Assembly: GCA_045654125.1 (NCBI GenBank)
Contig: JAZOMU010000017.1
Location: 1,672-65,671 of the forward strand
Source of the DNA: Christensenellaceae bacterium
GTDB taxonomy: Bacteria > Bacillota > Clostridia > Christensenellales > Borkfalkiaceae
Length of the DNA stretch: 64,000 bases
Direction of reading: 5' to 3'
The position numbers were made by a program, and so were the translations under genes. The notes under the pieces are model-generated. The model ran no database searches, was not told the origin of the DNA, and saw nothing but the letters and a program-made list of their open reading frames with translations. Position 1 is the first letter of the stretch; every line of letters starts with the position of its first letter. This document shows, one piece after another, positions 1 to 10,663 of the stretch.

Positions 1-2300
1 ATATTTTCTTCAGCGTATCTTTCAATTTTTTCTTCGTAAACTCTAATAGTTTCTTCAACTAACTTATCGATAAAAGTTTCATAATCCCAATTATCAACTT
101 TTTCTTTAGTTACAAAACAACTATCCTTTGGAAGAAGTTTTAACTCAACAACGCTATTTAGCGCATCTAAATCCCAACTTTCAGGCTTATTTTCATTATC
201 AACAACCGTTGAAACAACGTATCTTACAAAATCGGGGATTAGTTTTAAAATGTCTTGGTGAACGTTTTCTTCCTTAATAACCTTAAGCCTTTCAGCGTAC
301 ATAACTTCACGCTGTTTATTCATAACGTCATCGTACTCTAAAACGTGTTTTCTTATACCAAAGTTTCTGCCCTCGATAGCGCGCTGAGCGTTTTCTATGC
401 TACGTGAAAGCATTTTAGACTGCATTTCTTGGTCTTCTTCAATCTTAAAAAACTCATAAACTCTTTGCATTCTCTCCCCACCAAAACGCTTTGCCAAGTC
501 GTCTTCCAAGGAAATAAAGAAAATCGAAGAGCCCGGGTCTCCTTGACGGCCTGAACGCCCACGAAGCTGATTATCGATACGGCGAGATTCGTGGCGTTCT
601 GTACCAAGGATATGAAGCCCACCTGCTTCCATAACTTTCACCTTTTCAGCATCAGTCTGCTCTTTAAGTTTATTGTATATTTGGTAATATTGTTCCCTTA
701 TTTCTTTTACTTCATCTGAAACGTCTTCAATAAACGAAGTAGCTTGCTCTATAAGTTCATCTGCAACGCCCTTTTCACGAAGCTTTCTCTTTGCCAAAAA
801 CTCAGGGTTACCACCGAGCAAAATGTCAGTACCACGACCTGCCATATTGGTAGCGATGGTAACTGCGCCAAATCTACCTGCTTGAGCGACTATATCAGCT
901 TCTCTTGCGTGGTTTTTAGCGTTAAGAACGTTGTGCTTTACACCTGCACGAATTAAAAGCTTGGAAATTTCTTCTGATTTTTCTACAGTTACCGTACCAA
1001 CTAATATTGGCTGACCTTTTTTGTGGCGTTCTACTATTTCCTTGATAATCGCTTTGTTTTTACCCTTTTCCGTCTTATAAATGGTATCGGGCTTATCTAT
1101 TCTTGCAACGGGTTTATTGGTTGGAATTTCCAATACGTCTAAACCATAGATTGCTCTAAATTCTTCTTCTTCACTCTTCGCAGTACCTGTCATGCCAGAT
1201 AACTTTTTATAAAGCCTAAAATAGTTTTGGAAAGTTATAGTCGCAAAGGTTTTATTTTCATTGCGAATTTTAACGGCTTCTTTTGCTTCAATAGCTTGAT
1301 GTAAACCGTCTGAATAACGACGACCTATCATAAGACGACCGGTAAATTCGTCTACTATAACTATCTCGCCATCAGAAACAACGTAGTCGTTATCACGCTT
1401 AAAGATATAGTTAGCCTTTAACGCTTGTTGGATATGGTGAGAGAGCGATGCGTTTTCTATATCTGAAAAATTGTTTAATCCAAAGAACGATTCTGCCTTT
1501 TTTGCACCGAGTTCGGTGAGCTGAACACTCTTTTCCTTGATATCTATTGTAAAATCTTTTTCAGCGACCAAGGTTTTAACAAACTTGTTTGCAGTTACGT
1601 ACTTTTCACTCGATTCTTGCCCCTTACCTGAAATAATAAGTGGCGTTCTAGCTTCGTCAATAAGAATAGAGTCAACTTCATCGACAATAGCAAAAGCGAG
1701 TGGGCGTTGAACCATGTCTTCAAGCCTACTCTTTAGGTTATCACGCAAATAGTCAAAGCCCATTTCGTTATTAGTGCCGTACGTGATATCGCAGGCATAG
1801 GCTTTTTTCTTATCTTCATCTTCCATACCTGTTACAGCAACGCCAACAGTAAGACCTAAAAACTTATACACCTTACCCATCCACTCTGCGTCACGAGAAG
1901 CAAGATAATCGTTTACTGTTACGATATGAACCCCTTCACCCGTCAAAGCATTTAGGTATGCTGGCAAGGTTGCAACTAAAGTTTTACCTTCACCAGTACG
2001 CATTTCTGCAACTCTGCCTTGATGCAAGCATATACCACCTATGATTTGAACCTTATAGTGCCTCATATTAAGAACACGATAAGAAGCTTCTCTAACCACG
2101 GCAAAAGCATCACACAAAATATCGTCTAGTGTTTCGCCAACCTTTAATCTATCTTTCAGAAAATCTGTTTGCGCACGAAGGTCCTCGTTAGAAAAAGATG
2201 CATACTTACTTTCTAAAGATAAAACTCTATCAGCAAGCTTATCAAGTCTGCGCAAATTTTTTCGTTCTTCTCCACCTAAAATATATCTGAATAATCCCAT
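1..2300 (-). CDS. secA: Preprotein translocase ATPase SecA (partial; C-terminus runs off the left window edge)
   Basis: Absent from ORF track (no stop in window). Own translation from ATG at 2300: [26 protein letters not shown]. In-frame [10 protein letters not shown] (Walker A, about 1985-2009) and [20 protein letters not shown] (541-599) checked by hand. Confidence 0.95.
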   Translation of the reverse strand, partial: MGLFRYILGGEERKNLRRLDKLADRVLSLESKYASFSNEDLRAQTDFLKDRLKVGETLDDILCDAFAVVREASYRVLNMRHYKVQIIGGICLHQGRVAEMRTGEGKTLVATLPAYLNALTGEGVHIVTVNDYLASRDAEWMGKVYKFLGLTVGVAVTGMEDEDKKKAYACDITYGTNNEMGFDYLRDNLKSRLEDMVQRPLAFAIVDEVDSILIDEARTPLIISGKGQESSEKYVTANKFVKTLVAEKDFTIDIKEKSVQLTELGAKKAESFFGLNNFSDIENASLSHHIQQALKANYIFKRDNDYVVSDGEIVIVDEFTGRLMIGRRYSDGLHQAIEAKEAVKIRNENKTFATITFQNYFRLYKKLSGMTGTAKSEEEEFRAIYGLDVLEIPTNKPVARIDKPDTIYKTEKGKNKAIIKEIVERHKKGQPILVGTVTVEKSEEISKLLIRAGVKHNVLNAKNHAREADIVAQAGRFGAVTIATNMAGRGTDILLGGNPEFLAKRKLREKGVADELIEQATSFIEDVSDEVKEIREQYYQIYNKLKEQTDAEKVKVMEAGGLHILGTERHESRRIDNQLRGRSGRQGDPGSSIFFISLEDDLAKRFGGERMQRVYEFFKIEEDQEMQSKMLSRSIENAQRAIEGRNFGIRKHVLEYDDVMNKQREVMYAERLKVIKEENVHQDILKLIPDFVRYVVSTVVDNENKPESWDLDALNSVVELKLLPKDSCFVTKEKVDNWDYETFIDKLVEETIRVYEEKIERYAEEN

Positions 2301-2328
2301 AAATTACTCCTTATTTTTATCCCTTATT

Positions 2329-3057
2329 TTAATATTTGTCTACTGGTGGAACCGATGCCACCGTTAAAAGATAAACTCGTTCTGCACCTGCACGCTTTAA
2401 TTTATCAGCTGCTGCTTGTGCCGTTGCGCCCGTTGTAGAAACGTCGTCTATAATCAAAATTCTCTTATTCCTTATTGCCTTTCTAGTAGTAACTCTATAC
2501 GCAGTGGTTAGGTTTTTAAGCCTTTCTGCACGGCCTAGGTTTGCCTGCCTTTCGGTTTCTTTAACCTTTTTCAAGCACTCAAGAACGGGAACACCTACTT
2601 TATTTGACGTTGCTATCGCCAAAATTTCACCTTGATTGTAGCCACGCTTTTTCTCAGCCGCTTTCGTCATCGGAATAAAAGTTATATAGTCAACGTTAAA
2701 ATAATTCTTAAAATATAATGGCGCAAGATATTCTGCAAGTTGATTTGCAATATACTTGCCATTATCATATTTCATTTTCTTTATAAGCGTGCTTATAGGT
2801 GGCTGATAATTAAATGCACTACGGCACTTATCAAGCGATACCAAAACGCCCTTACAGGTAGAACAATACTCTTCTTTGCCTATTACCTGCCTCCCACAAT
2901 GTTCGCATATTACCTTATCGTTAAACGGAAGCATATTAGAGCATTCAGGGCAAAAGTTCCCTTCAAAAATTTCCTTTCCACAAGCTAAACAACGCCATTT
3001 TGGATTGTAAAAATATTTCTTAAACGCTTTTTTGAGCTTTTCCAAAAACACTTTCAC
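2329..3057 (-). CDS. comFC: ComF family protein (ComFC-like, phosphoribosyltransferase fold with N-terminal Cys-rich zinc finger)
   Basis: N-terminal CxxC...CxxC...CxxC...CxxC, C-terminal PRTase loop ILIIDDVSTTGATA. Position next to secA is typical. Confidence 0.85.
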   Translation of the reverse strand: MKVFLEKLKKAFKKYFYNPKWRCLACGKEIFEGNFCPECSNMLPFNDKVICEHCGRQVIGKEEYCSTCKGVLVSLDKCRSAFNYQPPISTLIKKMKYDNGKYIANQLAEYLAPLYFKNYFNVDYITFIPMTKAAEKKRGYNQGEILAIATSNKVGVPVLECLKKVKETERQANLGRAERLKNLTTAYRVTTRKAIRNKRILIIDDVSTTGATAQAAADKLKRAGAERVYLLTVASVPPVDKY

Positions 3058-3058
3058 T

Positions 3059-4228
3059 TTACTTCAAGTACTTAACCAAGTCTTCTTTTTTATCCGTCTG
3101 TTCCCAAGAAAATTCGCTTTTACCAAAATGCCCGTAAGACGAAGTCTTTTTGTATATTGGACTATCAAGTCCCAACTTTTCTATTATTGCCTTTGGGCGA
3201 AGGTCAAATTCTTTTATTACGATATCAGCTATTTTATCGTCTGATAGTTTACCCGTCCCAAAAGTGTTAATCATAACAGATACAGGCTTTGCTACGCCTA
3301 TACTGTAAGCAACTTGCATTTGGCACTCATCTGCAAGCCCTGCGCCTACTATGTTTTTGCACACGTATCTTGCCATATATGTAGCAGACCTATCAACTTT
3401 AGTAGCATCTTTACCAGAAAAAGCGCCACCACCGTGTGGGCATTTTCCACCATAAGTATCAACTATAATTTTTCTACCCGTAAGTCCAGAGTCACCATCA
3501 GGTCCACCAACTTCAAACCTTCCCGTAGGGTTAATAAAATATTTGGTATCACCATCAAGATATTCTTTCGGCAACACGAAATCAATTACCTGCTCTCTTA
3601 AGTCTTTTCTCAACTGTTCGGTTGTAACGGTTGCATCGTGTTGCGATGAAAGTACAACTGCTTCTATACGCAAAGGTTTACCGTTTTCATATTCTACGGT
3701 TACCTGCCCTTTTCCATCGGGACGCAAATAATTAAGCTTGCCACTTTTTCTTACCTGCTCAAGCCTTTCACACATTTTATGTGCTAGCATAATTGGTAAC
3801 GGCATAAGTTCTTCAGTTTCCCTACAAGCGTAACCAAACATTATACCCTGATCGCCTGCGCCAATTTTATCGTAAGACTCCCCACCGTTTTTAGCTTCAA
3901 TAGAATTATCAACGCCAAGTGCAATATCTGGGCTTTGGCGATGCACCTTTACATCTACTTTAACCGTATCAAAAGAAAAACCGGTAGTGCTATCGGTGTA
4001 GCCTATATCTTTAATTGTTTCTCTCGCAATTTCTTCTATATCAATTTTTGCCGTGGTAGTAATCTCACCCATTACCAACAAGTAATCGGTTGTAGCAGAA
4101 CATTCACACGCTGAACGAGAATATTTATCCTGCTTTAAAAGTTCATCTAAAACAGCATCTGAAATCCTATCGCACACTTTGTCTGGGTGCCCACAAGTTA
4201 CGCTTTCGCTAGTAAAAAAATTTCTCAT
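3059..4228 (-). CDS. metK: S-adenosylmethionine synthetase
   Basis: [24 protein letters not shown]..., [21 protein letters not shown] motifs. Start moved from 4282 to ATG 4228, the conserved N-terminus. Confidence 0.97.
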   Translation of the reverse strand: MRNFFTSESVTCGHPDKVCDRISDAVLDELLKQDKYSRSACECSATTDYLLVMGEITTTAKIDIEEIARETIKDIGYTDSTTGFSFDTVKVDVKVHRQSPDIALGVDNSIEAKNGGESYDKIGAGDQGIMFGYACRETEELMPLPIMLAHKMCERLEQVRKSGKLNYLRPDGKGQVTVEYENGKPLRIEAVVLSSQHDATVTTEQLRKDLREQVIDFVLPKEYLDGDTKYFINPTGRFEVGGPDGDSGLTGRKIIVDTYGGKCPHGGGAFSGKDATKVDRSATYMARYVCKNIVGAGLADECQMQVAYSIGVAKPVSVMINTFGTGKLSDDKIADIVIKEFDLRPKAIIEKLGLDSPIYKKTSSYGHFGKSEFSWEQTDKKEDLVKYLK

Positions 4229-4273
4229 ATTTATCCTTACACTCTTCCAATATGTAATAACTGTTATTTTGTT

Positions 4274-4302
4274 ATTATACACTAATTGTAGTTCCGTGTC
4301 AA
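4274..4302 (-). promoter_or_regulatory. Sigma-70-type promoter of metK (TTGACA-17 nt-TATAAT)
   Basis: Reverse complement reads TTGACA (4297-4302), 17-nt spacer, TATAAT (4274-4279). Leaves only about 45 nt of 5' UTR. Confidence 0.6.
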
Positions 4303-4422
4303 TTACATACCGTAATAATTAAGTTTTTAGTAGTTATTTTTGTCGAATTTTTGCTTTATTTTTGAAAGATTTAATATTTACAAGTTTTACTCGTAAATTG
4401 TTCGATTTTGAGCTAAAATTAG

Positions 4423-4475
4423 TTGACTTTATCGTCAATAAGCGTATAATAATATTGATTGACTTTATCGTCAAT
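4423..4475 (+). promoter_or_regulatory. Promoter of the TetR/ABC operon with two identical 17-bp operator copies
   Basis: TTGACTTTATCGTCAAT occurs at 4423-4439 and again at 4459-4475. It has inverted arms TTGAC/GTCAA. Copy 1 supplies a -35 TTGACT and TATAAT lies at 4445-4450. Copy 2 lies between the -10 and the SD. Confidence 0.55.
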
Positions 4476-4490
4476 CAAAAAGGAGCTTTT

Positions 4491-5111
4491 ATGCCAAAAA
4501 CCGAAGAGCAATTAAATAAATTAAAAGAATGCAGGCGCAGAGAAATTGCCATTGCAGGACTTAAAGTTTTTTGCGAAAAAGGATACGATTCTACAACCGT
4601 TGACGATATTATGAAAAAAGCTAATTGCAGTCACGGTCTTTTCTATCATTACTTTAACAGCAAAAAGGAAATTTTTGACGAAGTAATGAAGATAAAAAAC
4701 CAAAGTAGAGATTCAAAATTAAAGCAAAAAGTTGAAAAAGAGCCGAGTTGCAGAAATAAACTGAAAATAATAATTCAAACCATGTTTTCAGACATGAGAA
4801 GGGATGAAAATTTTCAGTATCACTATTTCTTCTTTTTATCTAGATGTTTTTCCAGCAAACAAAAAGGCGAAAAACTAACCAATAAAAATCCTGAAAGAAA
4901 ACCTTTCATTTTTGTTCTAGAAGAAATATTTAACGAAGGACAAAAAAACGGAGAGTTTTCTACCGAATATTCGGCTAGAGAGTATTCTGAATTACTGCTC
5001 TCCATTGTACAAGGTGCAACACTAGGATACGTTATAGCACCAAAAGAAATTCAAAGCAAAATACAACCACCAAAAATTGATTTGATATTAGACGTATTCA
5101 ACAAGGAGTAA
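4491..5111 (+). CDS. TetR/AcrR family transcriptional regulator
   Basis: N-terminal HTH region (GYDSTTVDDIMKKANCSHGLFYHYFNSKKEIF). Start moved to ATG 4491, preceded by AAAGGAG. The ORF-track extension covers the promoter and operators. Confidence 0.85.
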   Translation: MPKTEEQLNKLKECRRREIAIAGLKVFCEKGYDSTTVDDIMKKANCSHGLFYHYFNSKKEIFDEVMKIKNQSRDSKLKQKVEKEPSCRNKLKIIIQTMFSDMRRDENFQYHYFFFLSRCFSSKQKGEKLTNKNPERKPFIFVLEEIFNEGQKNGEFSTEYSAREYSELLLSIVQGATLGYVIAPKEIQSKIQPPKIDLILDVFNKE

Positions 5112-5115
5112 TACC

Positions 5116-6924
5116 ATGAAAAATAAAGAAAATACTGAAAAATTTGTTGGTTTTATCCCTGCTCTTAAGACCGTTTCAAAGTCTATTAGAGAATATAAAA
5201 AGCCATCTATTTTAGCGCCCTTATTCGTTGCAATGGAAGTAGTTTTAGAGTGCTTTATCCCCTACGTTATGACTTTACTCTTAGGCGAACTAAAAACGGC
5301 TGAATCTAGCCAACTAATGAGAATAGTGCTTAAATACGGACTTATTCTGTTAGCAATTGCCGTAGTTTCTTTAACGTTTGGCGCGCTATCAGGCAGGTTT
5401 TGCGCAGTTGCATCAAGTGGCTTTGCAAAAAACCTTAGAAAAGATATGTATCACAAGATACAAGATTTTTCTTTTTCTAATATTGATAAGTTTTCTTCTT
5501 CTAGCTTAATTACTAGACTTACCACCGACGTTATGCACGTGGAAATGAGTTATATGATGATTATAAGAACAGCTGTTCGCTCACCGTTTATGCTTATCTT
5601 TTCAATGACTATGTCTTTCGTGCTGAATGCTAAAATGGCGCTTATTTTCCTTTGCACCACTCCTATTTTAGCCGTTGGTCTTGCACTAATAATGGCTAAA
5701 GCAATCCCTTTCTTTAATAGAATTTTTAAGCGTTACGATAAAATGAACGAATCCGTTGAAGAAAACGTTAGTGGCATGCGCGTTGTTAAGTCTTACGTGC
5801 GTGAAGACTATGAAAAAGAGAAATTCAACAAGGCATCAAACAACGTTAGAGAAGATTTTACCAAGGCTGAAAAACTTATTGCGCTAAACGGGCCACTTAT
5901 GAACTTTTGCGTTTATTCTGGCTTAATAGCTATTTACATTGTTGGCTCATTACTCATAATCAATTCTAAAGAGCAGTTGTTAAAGATGACGGAACTTCAA
6001 AGTTTTATGACCTATTCTTTCCAAATGCTAATGTCACTAATGATGCTTTCAATGATAATGGTTCAAATGATATTATCTACAGCTAGCATGAAGCGTATTG
6101 CCGAAGTTATCAATGAAAAACCCAGCATTATACCACCCGAAAACGCCCAAACCGTAGTTAAAGACGGAAGTATTGAATTTAACAACGTTTCATTTAAATA
6201 TTCTGATAAAGCAGAGCGTTTTGCTCTTTCGGATATAAACCTTAAAATAGAAAGTGGTGAAACGGTAGGTATTATTGGTAGCACAGGTTCAAGCAAGAGC
6301 ACACTAGTTCAGCTTATCCCCCGTCTTTACGACGTAAATCAAGGCACGGTAACAGTTGCAGGCATTGACGTTAGAAATTACGAGCTTAACACTTTAAGGA
6401 ATGCCGTATCCATGGTTTTACAGAAAAACGTGCTTTTTTCAGGAACTATAAAGGAAAATTTGCGTTGGGGAAACAAGGATGCTACCGACGAAGAAATTAT
6501 TGAAGCGTGCAAGCTAGCTCAAGCAGATGAGTTTATAAATAACTTTAACGAAAAATATGACCATTATATTGAACAAGGTGGGGTTAACGTTTCTGGTGGA
6601 CAAAAACAGAGATTATGTATTGCAAGAGCGTTACTAAAGAAACCTAAAATTCTTATACTAGACGATTCTACTAGCGCTGTGGACACTAAAACTGATGCTT
6701 TAATTAGAAATGCATTTAAGCAATATATACCAGAAACCACAAAGATAATAATCGCACAAAGAATAGCATCTGTTCAAGATGCTGATAAGATTATAATTAT
6801 GGACGGTGGCAAAATTCAAGCAATAGGTAACCACAACCAGCTAATTAAGGAAAATGCTATTTATCAAGAATTATTTAATTCTCAAAATAACGTTAATGGA
6901 AAAAATCAAGGGGGTGCATTATAA
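5116..6924 (+). CDS. ABC exporter, fused permease/ATPase subunit (degenerate-site half of a heterodimer)
   Basis: 6-TM domain plus NBD: Walker A GSTGSSKST, signature VSGGQKQR, Walker B ILILDDSTSAVD (Asp replaces the catalytic Glu). Confidence 0.9.
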   Translation: MKNKENTEKFVGFIPALKTVSKSIREYKKPSILAPLFVAMEVVLECFIPYVMTLLLGELKTAESSQLMRIVLKYGLILLAIAVVSLTFGALSGRFCAVASSGFAKNLRKDMYHKIQDFSFSNIDKFSSSSLITRLTTDVMHVEMSYMMIIRTAVRSPFMLIFSMTMSFVLNAKMALIFLCTTPILAVGLALIMAKAIPFFNRIFKRYDKMNESVEENVSGMRVVKSYVREDYEKEKFNKASNNVREDFTKAEKLIALNGPLMNFCVYSGLIAIYIVGSLLIINSKEQLLKMTELQSFMTYSFQMLMSLMMLSMIMVQMILSTASMKRIAEVINEKPSIIPPENAQTVVKDGSIEFNNVSFKYSDKAERFALSDINLKIESGETVGIIGSTGSSKSTLVQLIPRLYDVNQGTVTVAGIDVRNYELNTLRNAVSMVLQKNVLFSGTIKENLRWGNKDATDEEIIEACKLAQADEFINNFNEKYDHYIEQGGVNVSGGQKQRLCIARALLKKPKILILDDSTSAVDTKTDALIRNAFKQYIPETTKIIIAQRIASVQDADKIIIMDGGKIQAIGNHNQLIKENAIYQELFNSQNNVNGKNQGGAL

Positions 6925-8876
6925 TGGCAAGAGGCATGTCAATTGGCCGTGTGGGCAAAAATTTACGTAGTGGACCTAAACCAAAAGCTAAAAAAGGCAC
7001 GATGAAACGCGTGCTGAGCATGTTGTTTTTAGGAAATAAAAAACACCTTGTAATCGTTCTTTCTAGCATTACTATAAGCGCGATAACCGGCGTTGCATCT
7101 TCGGTATTTTTGAAAAATTTACTTTTAATAATTCAAGACGGATTAGATAGCAGTTTATCTGCCGTAATTAAGCCTTTAATTACCCTATTCGTTATTATGG
7201 GAACGGTTTATTTTACTTCAATACTTTGCAACTTTATACAAACCAGAACAATGGCAAAGGTTACACAAAACTACTTGCATCAAATAAGAACTAAAGTCTT
7301 CAACAAAATGCAAGCTTTGCCGATAAGATACTTTGACACGCACTTAACGGGCGAAATAATGAGCTCTTATACCAACGACACCGATGCGATTAGACAGCTT
7401 GTTTCTCAGAGCATACCTAACCTTTATTCTTCGCTAATAAGCGTTACAACACTTTTAGTTATAATGTTAACTTCTAGTATATGGTTATCACTTGTAATGT
7501 TTTTTGGTGTTTTTCTGATGTCTTTAGTAACTAAAGTCGTTGGTGGAAACAGTTCTAAGTTTTTCGTAAAGCAACAAATCTCACTTGGTGAAGAAGAAGG
7601 TTACATTCAAGAAATGATTCAAGGGCAAAAAGTAGTAAAAGTTTTCTGCCATGAAAATGAAAGCGTGGAAAAGTTTGAAGCTAAAAATAATAAACTTTGT
7701 AAAGACGCTACCAGCGCACATACTTTTGCTAATATCTTAATGCCTATTATGGGTAATTTAGGCAATATCTTATACGTACTCTTAGCGTTTATAGGTGGGC
7801 TTTTAATCGCATTAGGCGTTAAAAACGTTACAATATTAGGCGTTGTTGAATCGCCAGCAACTTTTTTAATCACGATAATTGCATTCTTACCTATAAGTAA
7901 GCAATTTACTGGTCAAATCGCGCAATCTTCTCAACAAATAAATTCTATCGTTATGGGGCTTGCTGGTGCATCTAGGTTATTTGAACTGCTAGACCAAGAA
8001 CCTGAAACGGACGACGGATACGTTACACTTGTAAGATGCAATATTGATGAAAACGGGGTTATTACAGAAACAAAAGAACGCACTGGGCATTGGGCGTGGA
8101 AACACCCCCATAAAACCGATGGAACTATAACCTATACCGAACTTAAAGGCGATATACAAATGTTCAACGTAGACTTTGGATACACCCACGAAAAAATTAT
8201 TCTTCACGACGTTAGTTTACATGCTAATCCTGGGCAAAAAATTGCTTTTGTTGGCGCAACGGGCGCAGGTAAAACTACTATTACTAACCTTATAAATAGG
8301 TTTTACGATATTGCAGATGGCAAGATTAGGTACGATGGAATTAATATAAACAAGATTAAAAAAGCCGACCTTCGCCGTTCGCTTGGTATAGTTTTACAAG
8401 ACACTAACCTATTCACAGGAACAGTTATGGAAAATATTCGTTACGGCAGGCTTTCAGCTACCGACGAAGAATGTGTTGAAGCGGCAAAGCTTGCTTACGC
8501 GCATGACTTCATTACAAGGCTACCTAACGGCTACAATACCATGCTTACTGCCGATGGTGGAAATCTCTCTCAAGGACAAAGGCAGCTTTTATCTATTGCC
8601 CGTGCAGCCGTTAAAAACGCGCCTGTTATGATTTTAGATGAAGCTACTTCTTCTATTGATACTAGAACGGAAGCGCTTGTTCAAAAAGGCACTGATAGAC
8701 TTATGCAAGGAAGAACAGTTTTTGTTATCGCGCACAGGCTATCTACTGTACAAAACTCTGACGTAATAATGGTTTTAGATAACGGTAAAATTATTGAACG
8801 TGGCTCACACAACCAACTAATAGAGCAAAAGGGCAAGTATTATCAATTATATACGGGAGCGTTTGAACTTGAATAA
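6924..8876 (+). CDS. ABC exporter, fused permease/ATPase subunit (consensus-site half)
   Basis: Walker A GATGAGKTT, Walker B VMILDEATSSID (catalytic Glu present), atypical signature LSQGQRQL. About 35-aa insertion (NIDENGVITETKERTGHWAWKHPHKTDG) between TMD and NBD. Start overlaps the upstream stop (ATAATG). Confidence 0.9.
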   Translation: MARGMSIGRVGKNLRSGPKPKAKKGTMKRVLSMLFLGNKKHLVIVLSSITISAITGVASSVFLKNLLLIIQDGLDSSLSAVIKPLITLFVIMGTVYFTSILCNFIQTRTMAKVTQNYLHQIRTKVFNKMQALPIRYFDTHLTGEIMSSYTNDTDAIRQLVSQSIPNLYSSLISVTTLLVIMLTSSIWLSLVMFFGVFLMSLVTKVVGGNSSKFFVKQQISLGEEEGYIQEMIQGQKVVKVFCHENESVEKFEAKNNKLCKDATSAHTFANILMPIMGNLGNILYVLLAFIGGLLIALGVKNVTILGVVESPATFLITIIAFLPISKQFTGQIAQSSQQINSIVMGLAGASRLFELLDQEPETDDGYVTLVRCNIDENGVITETKERTGHWAWKHPHKTDGTITYTELKGDIQMFNVDFGYTHEKIILHDVSLHANPGQKIAFVGATGAGKTTITNLINRFYDIADGKIRYDGININKIKKADLRRSLGIVLQDTNLFTGTVMENIRYGRLSATDEECVEAAKLAYAHDFITRLPNGYNTMLTADGGNLSQGQRQLLSIARAAVKNAPVMILDEATSSIDTRTEALVQKGTDRLMQGRTVFVIAHRLSTVQNSDVIMVLDNGKIIERGSHNQLIEQKGKYYQLYTGAFELE

Positions 8877-9729
8877 TTTTTGTAAACTTTGCCCTAACGA
8901 TTGTGGCATTAACAGAATAAACGGCAAAGGCTTTTGTGGAGTAAGTGATACGGTTAGAATTGCAAAATATTATCTACACCCGTTTGAAGAACCCTTAATC
9001 AGTGGCACTAATGGCTCGGGCACGGTTTTCTTTTGTGGATGCTCGCTTAAATGCGTGTTCTGCCAAAACTATGAGCTATCTAGAAACCAACGTGGAAAAG
9101 ATATATCTTTTAGCGAACTTGCAGATATTTTTAAGAAGCTAGAAGACGATGGCGCGCACAATATCAACCTTGTTAACCCTACGCATTACTCAAACAAAAT
9201 AATCGAAGCGCTTGAAGTTTACAAACCTAAAATCCCTATCGTATACAACACTCACGGTTATGAGAAAATAGAAATTTTAGAAAAATTAAATGACTACGTT
9301 GACGTTTATTTGCCTGATATAAAATTCTTTTCGCCTAGCATTTCTAATCGTTATACTGGTAAAAGCGATTATTTTGAAATTGCATCAAAAGCCATTGAAT
9401 TTATGGCAAAATCCAAACCGTTTGTCGTTAAAGACGGATTGCTTAAAAGTGGTGTAATAGTAAGGCATTTAGTGTTGCCACTTGGAATATCAGATAGTAA
9501 AAATATTTTAGATTGGTTTTCAACAATAAAAGATAATGCTTATATCAATCTTATGAGCCAATACACTCCGTTTGGGGAAATTAAAAACTTTAAGGAATTG
9601 CAACGCCCTATTACAAAACGAGAATACGATAGCGTAATTGACTACGCACTTTCACTTGGCATTAAAAATATGTATTACCAAAAGCAACAAAGCGCTGATA
9701 TAAAATATATTCCAAATTGGGATTATTAA
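8863..9729 (+). CDS. Radical SAM protein (PflX/glycyl-radical-activase-like)
   Basis: CGCSLKCVFCQNY CxxxCxxC cluster motif plus N-terminal CKLCPNDCG. There is no ATG upstream of the N-terminal Cys motif, so the start is TTG at 8863 or 8869 (GGGAG SD at 8855-8859 favours 8869). Overlaps the ABC gene end. Confidence 0.8.
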   Translation: MNLNNFCKLCPNDCGINRINGKGFCGVSDTVRIAKYYLHPFEEPLISGTNGSGTVFFCGCSLKCVFCQNYELSRNQRGKDISFSELADIFKKLEDDGAHNINLVNPTHYSNKIIEALEVYKPKIPIVYNTHGYEKIEILEKLNDYVDVYLPDIKFFSPSISNRYTGKSDYFEIASKAIEFMAKSKPFVVKDGLLKSGVIVRHLVLPLGISDSKNILDWFSTIKDNAYINLMSQYTPFGEIKNFKELQRPITKREYDSVIDYALSLGIKNMYYQKQQSADIKYIPNWDY

Positions 9730-9731
9730 AA

Positions 9732-9767
9732 AAACTTCGACTAAATAATAGTCGAAGTTTTATTTTT
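9732..9767. terminator. Bidirectional intrinsic terminator between convergent genes
   Basis: AAACTTCGAC / GTCGAAGTTT 10-bp stem, T-run downstream and A-run upstream. Confidence 0.7.
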
Positions 9768-9778
9768 ATAAATCTAAA

Positions 9779-10531
9779 CTATCCCAATAAAACGTCCATT
9801 GCAAGCATTAAACAAAATCCTAAAAGTAGCGCGTAAGTTGCGCCCCTTTCCGAGCCGTGTGAGTGAGTTTCTGGTATCATTTCATCGCTAATTACGTAAA
9901 GCATAGTTCCACCAGCAAAAGCTAATGCAAATGGTAATATAACCGATGCAAGCTTTACGGCAAAATATCCTATAAAAGTTCCAACAACCTCAACAAGCCC
10001 TGTAATTAATGCTATTATAAAAGTTTTTTTCTTGCTTACACCAGCCGATAGCATTGGTCCTATTATAACCATACCTTCCGGAATATTTTGCAAAGCTATA
10101 CCACCTGCAATAATAAGCGCTTGCGTAGTGTTTCCAGAGCCAAAGCCAACGCCGGCAGCGATACCTTCTGGGAAATTATGTATTGCAATTGCTAACACAA
10201 AAAGCAGTATTTTACTAAGATTTTTATTGTTGTGGCTTTCCCCATCTACGCCCACAAATTTATGCATATGTGGCACTAATTTATCTATTAAGTTCAAGCA
10301 AACTGCACCGACAAAAATGCCTGCTATTGTTATTAAAATAGCAAACTTTCCACCATGCTCAATTGATGGAATTATCAACCCTAAAACTGCAGCTGCTAGC
10401 ATCACGCCCGAGGCCAGAGATAATACTATGTCTGAAAATTTATGAGTTAAATTCTTAAATATAAAGCCGATTAGCGCACCTATTACGGTTGCACCACCTA
10501 CGCCTAGCGCCGTTAATAAAACTATTTCCAT
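9779..10531 (-). CDS. zupT: ZIP family metal (zinc) transporter
   Basis: 8-TM profile, HNFPEGIA and QNIPEG motifs typical of ZupT/ZIP. Confidence 0.85.
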   Translation of the reverse strand: MEIVLLTALGVGGATVIGALIGFIFKNLTHKFSDIVLSLASGVMLAAAVLGLIIPSIEHGGKFAILITIAGIFVGAVCLNLIDKLVPHMHKFVGVDGESHNNKNLSKILLFVLAIAIHNFPEGIAAGVGFGSGNTTQALIIAGGIALQNIPEGMVIIGPMLSAGVSKKKTFIIALITGLVEVVGTFIGYFAVKLASVILPFALAFAGGTMLYVISDEMIPETHSHGSERGATYALLLGFCLMLAMDVLLG

Positions 10532-10663
10532 AACTCATCTTTGGTCTTTTTTTATTATTTTATCACAGTTATTATATGATGTCAATATTAAATAAGTTTA
10601 TAAAGCTGTAATTTTACTGCGTTTTTTGTGGATTTAAAATAAAAAACACGATATAATTAAACT

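Noticed and set aside
395-956. ORF-track ORFs 395-622 (minus) and 744-956 (plus)
   Set aside because: Both lie inside the secA coding region in other frames or on the other strand. The secA frame is continuous and carries canonical motifs.
4423-4475. Repeat pair considered as a CRISPR-like or mobile-element terminal repeat
   Set aside because: There are only two copies, each 17 bp with internal dyad symmetry, placed at a promoter. This fits an operator, not CRISPR or IS ends.
4362-4490. N-terminal extension of the TetR ORF
   Set aside because: It covers the promoter and both operator repeats. ATG 4491 has an AAAGGAG SD and gives a normal TetR N-terminus.
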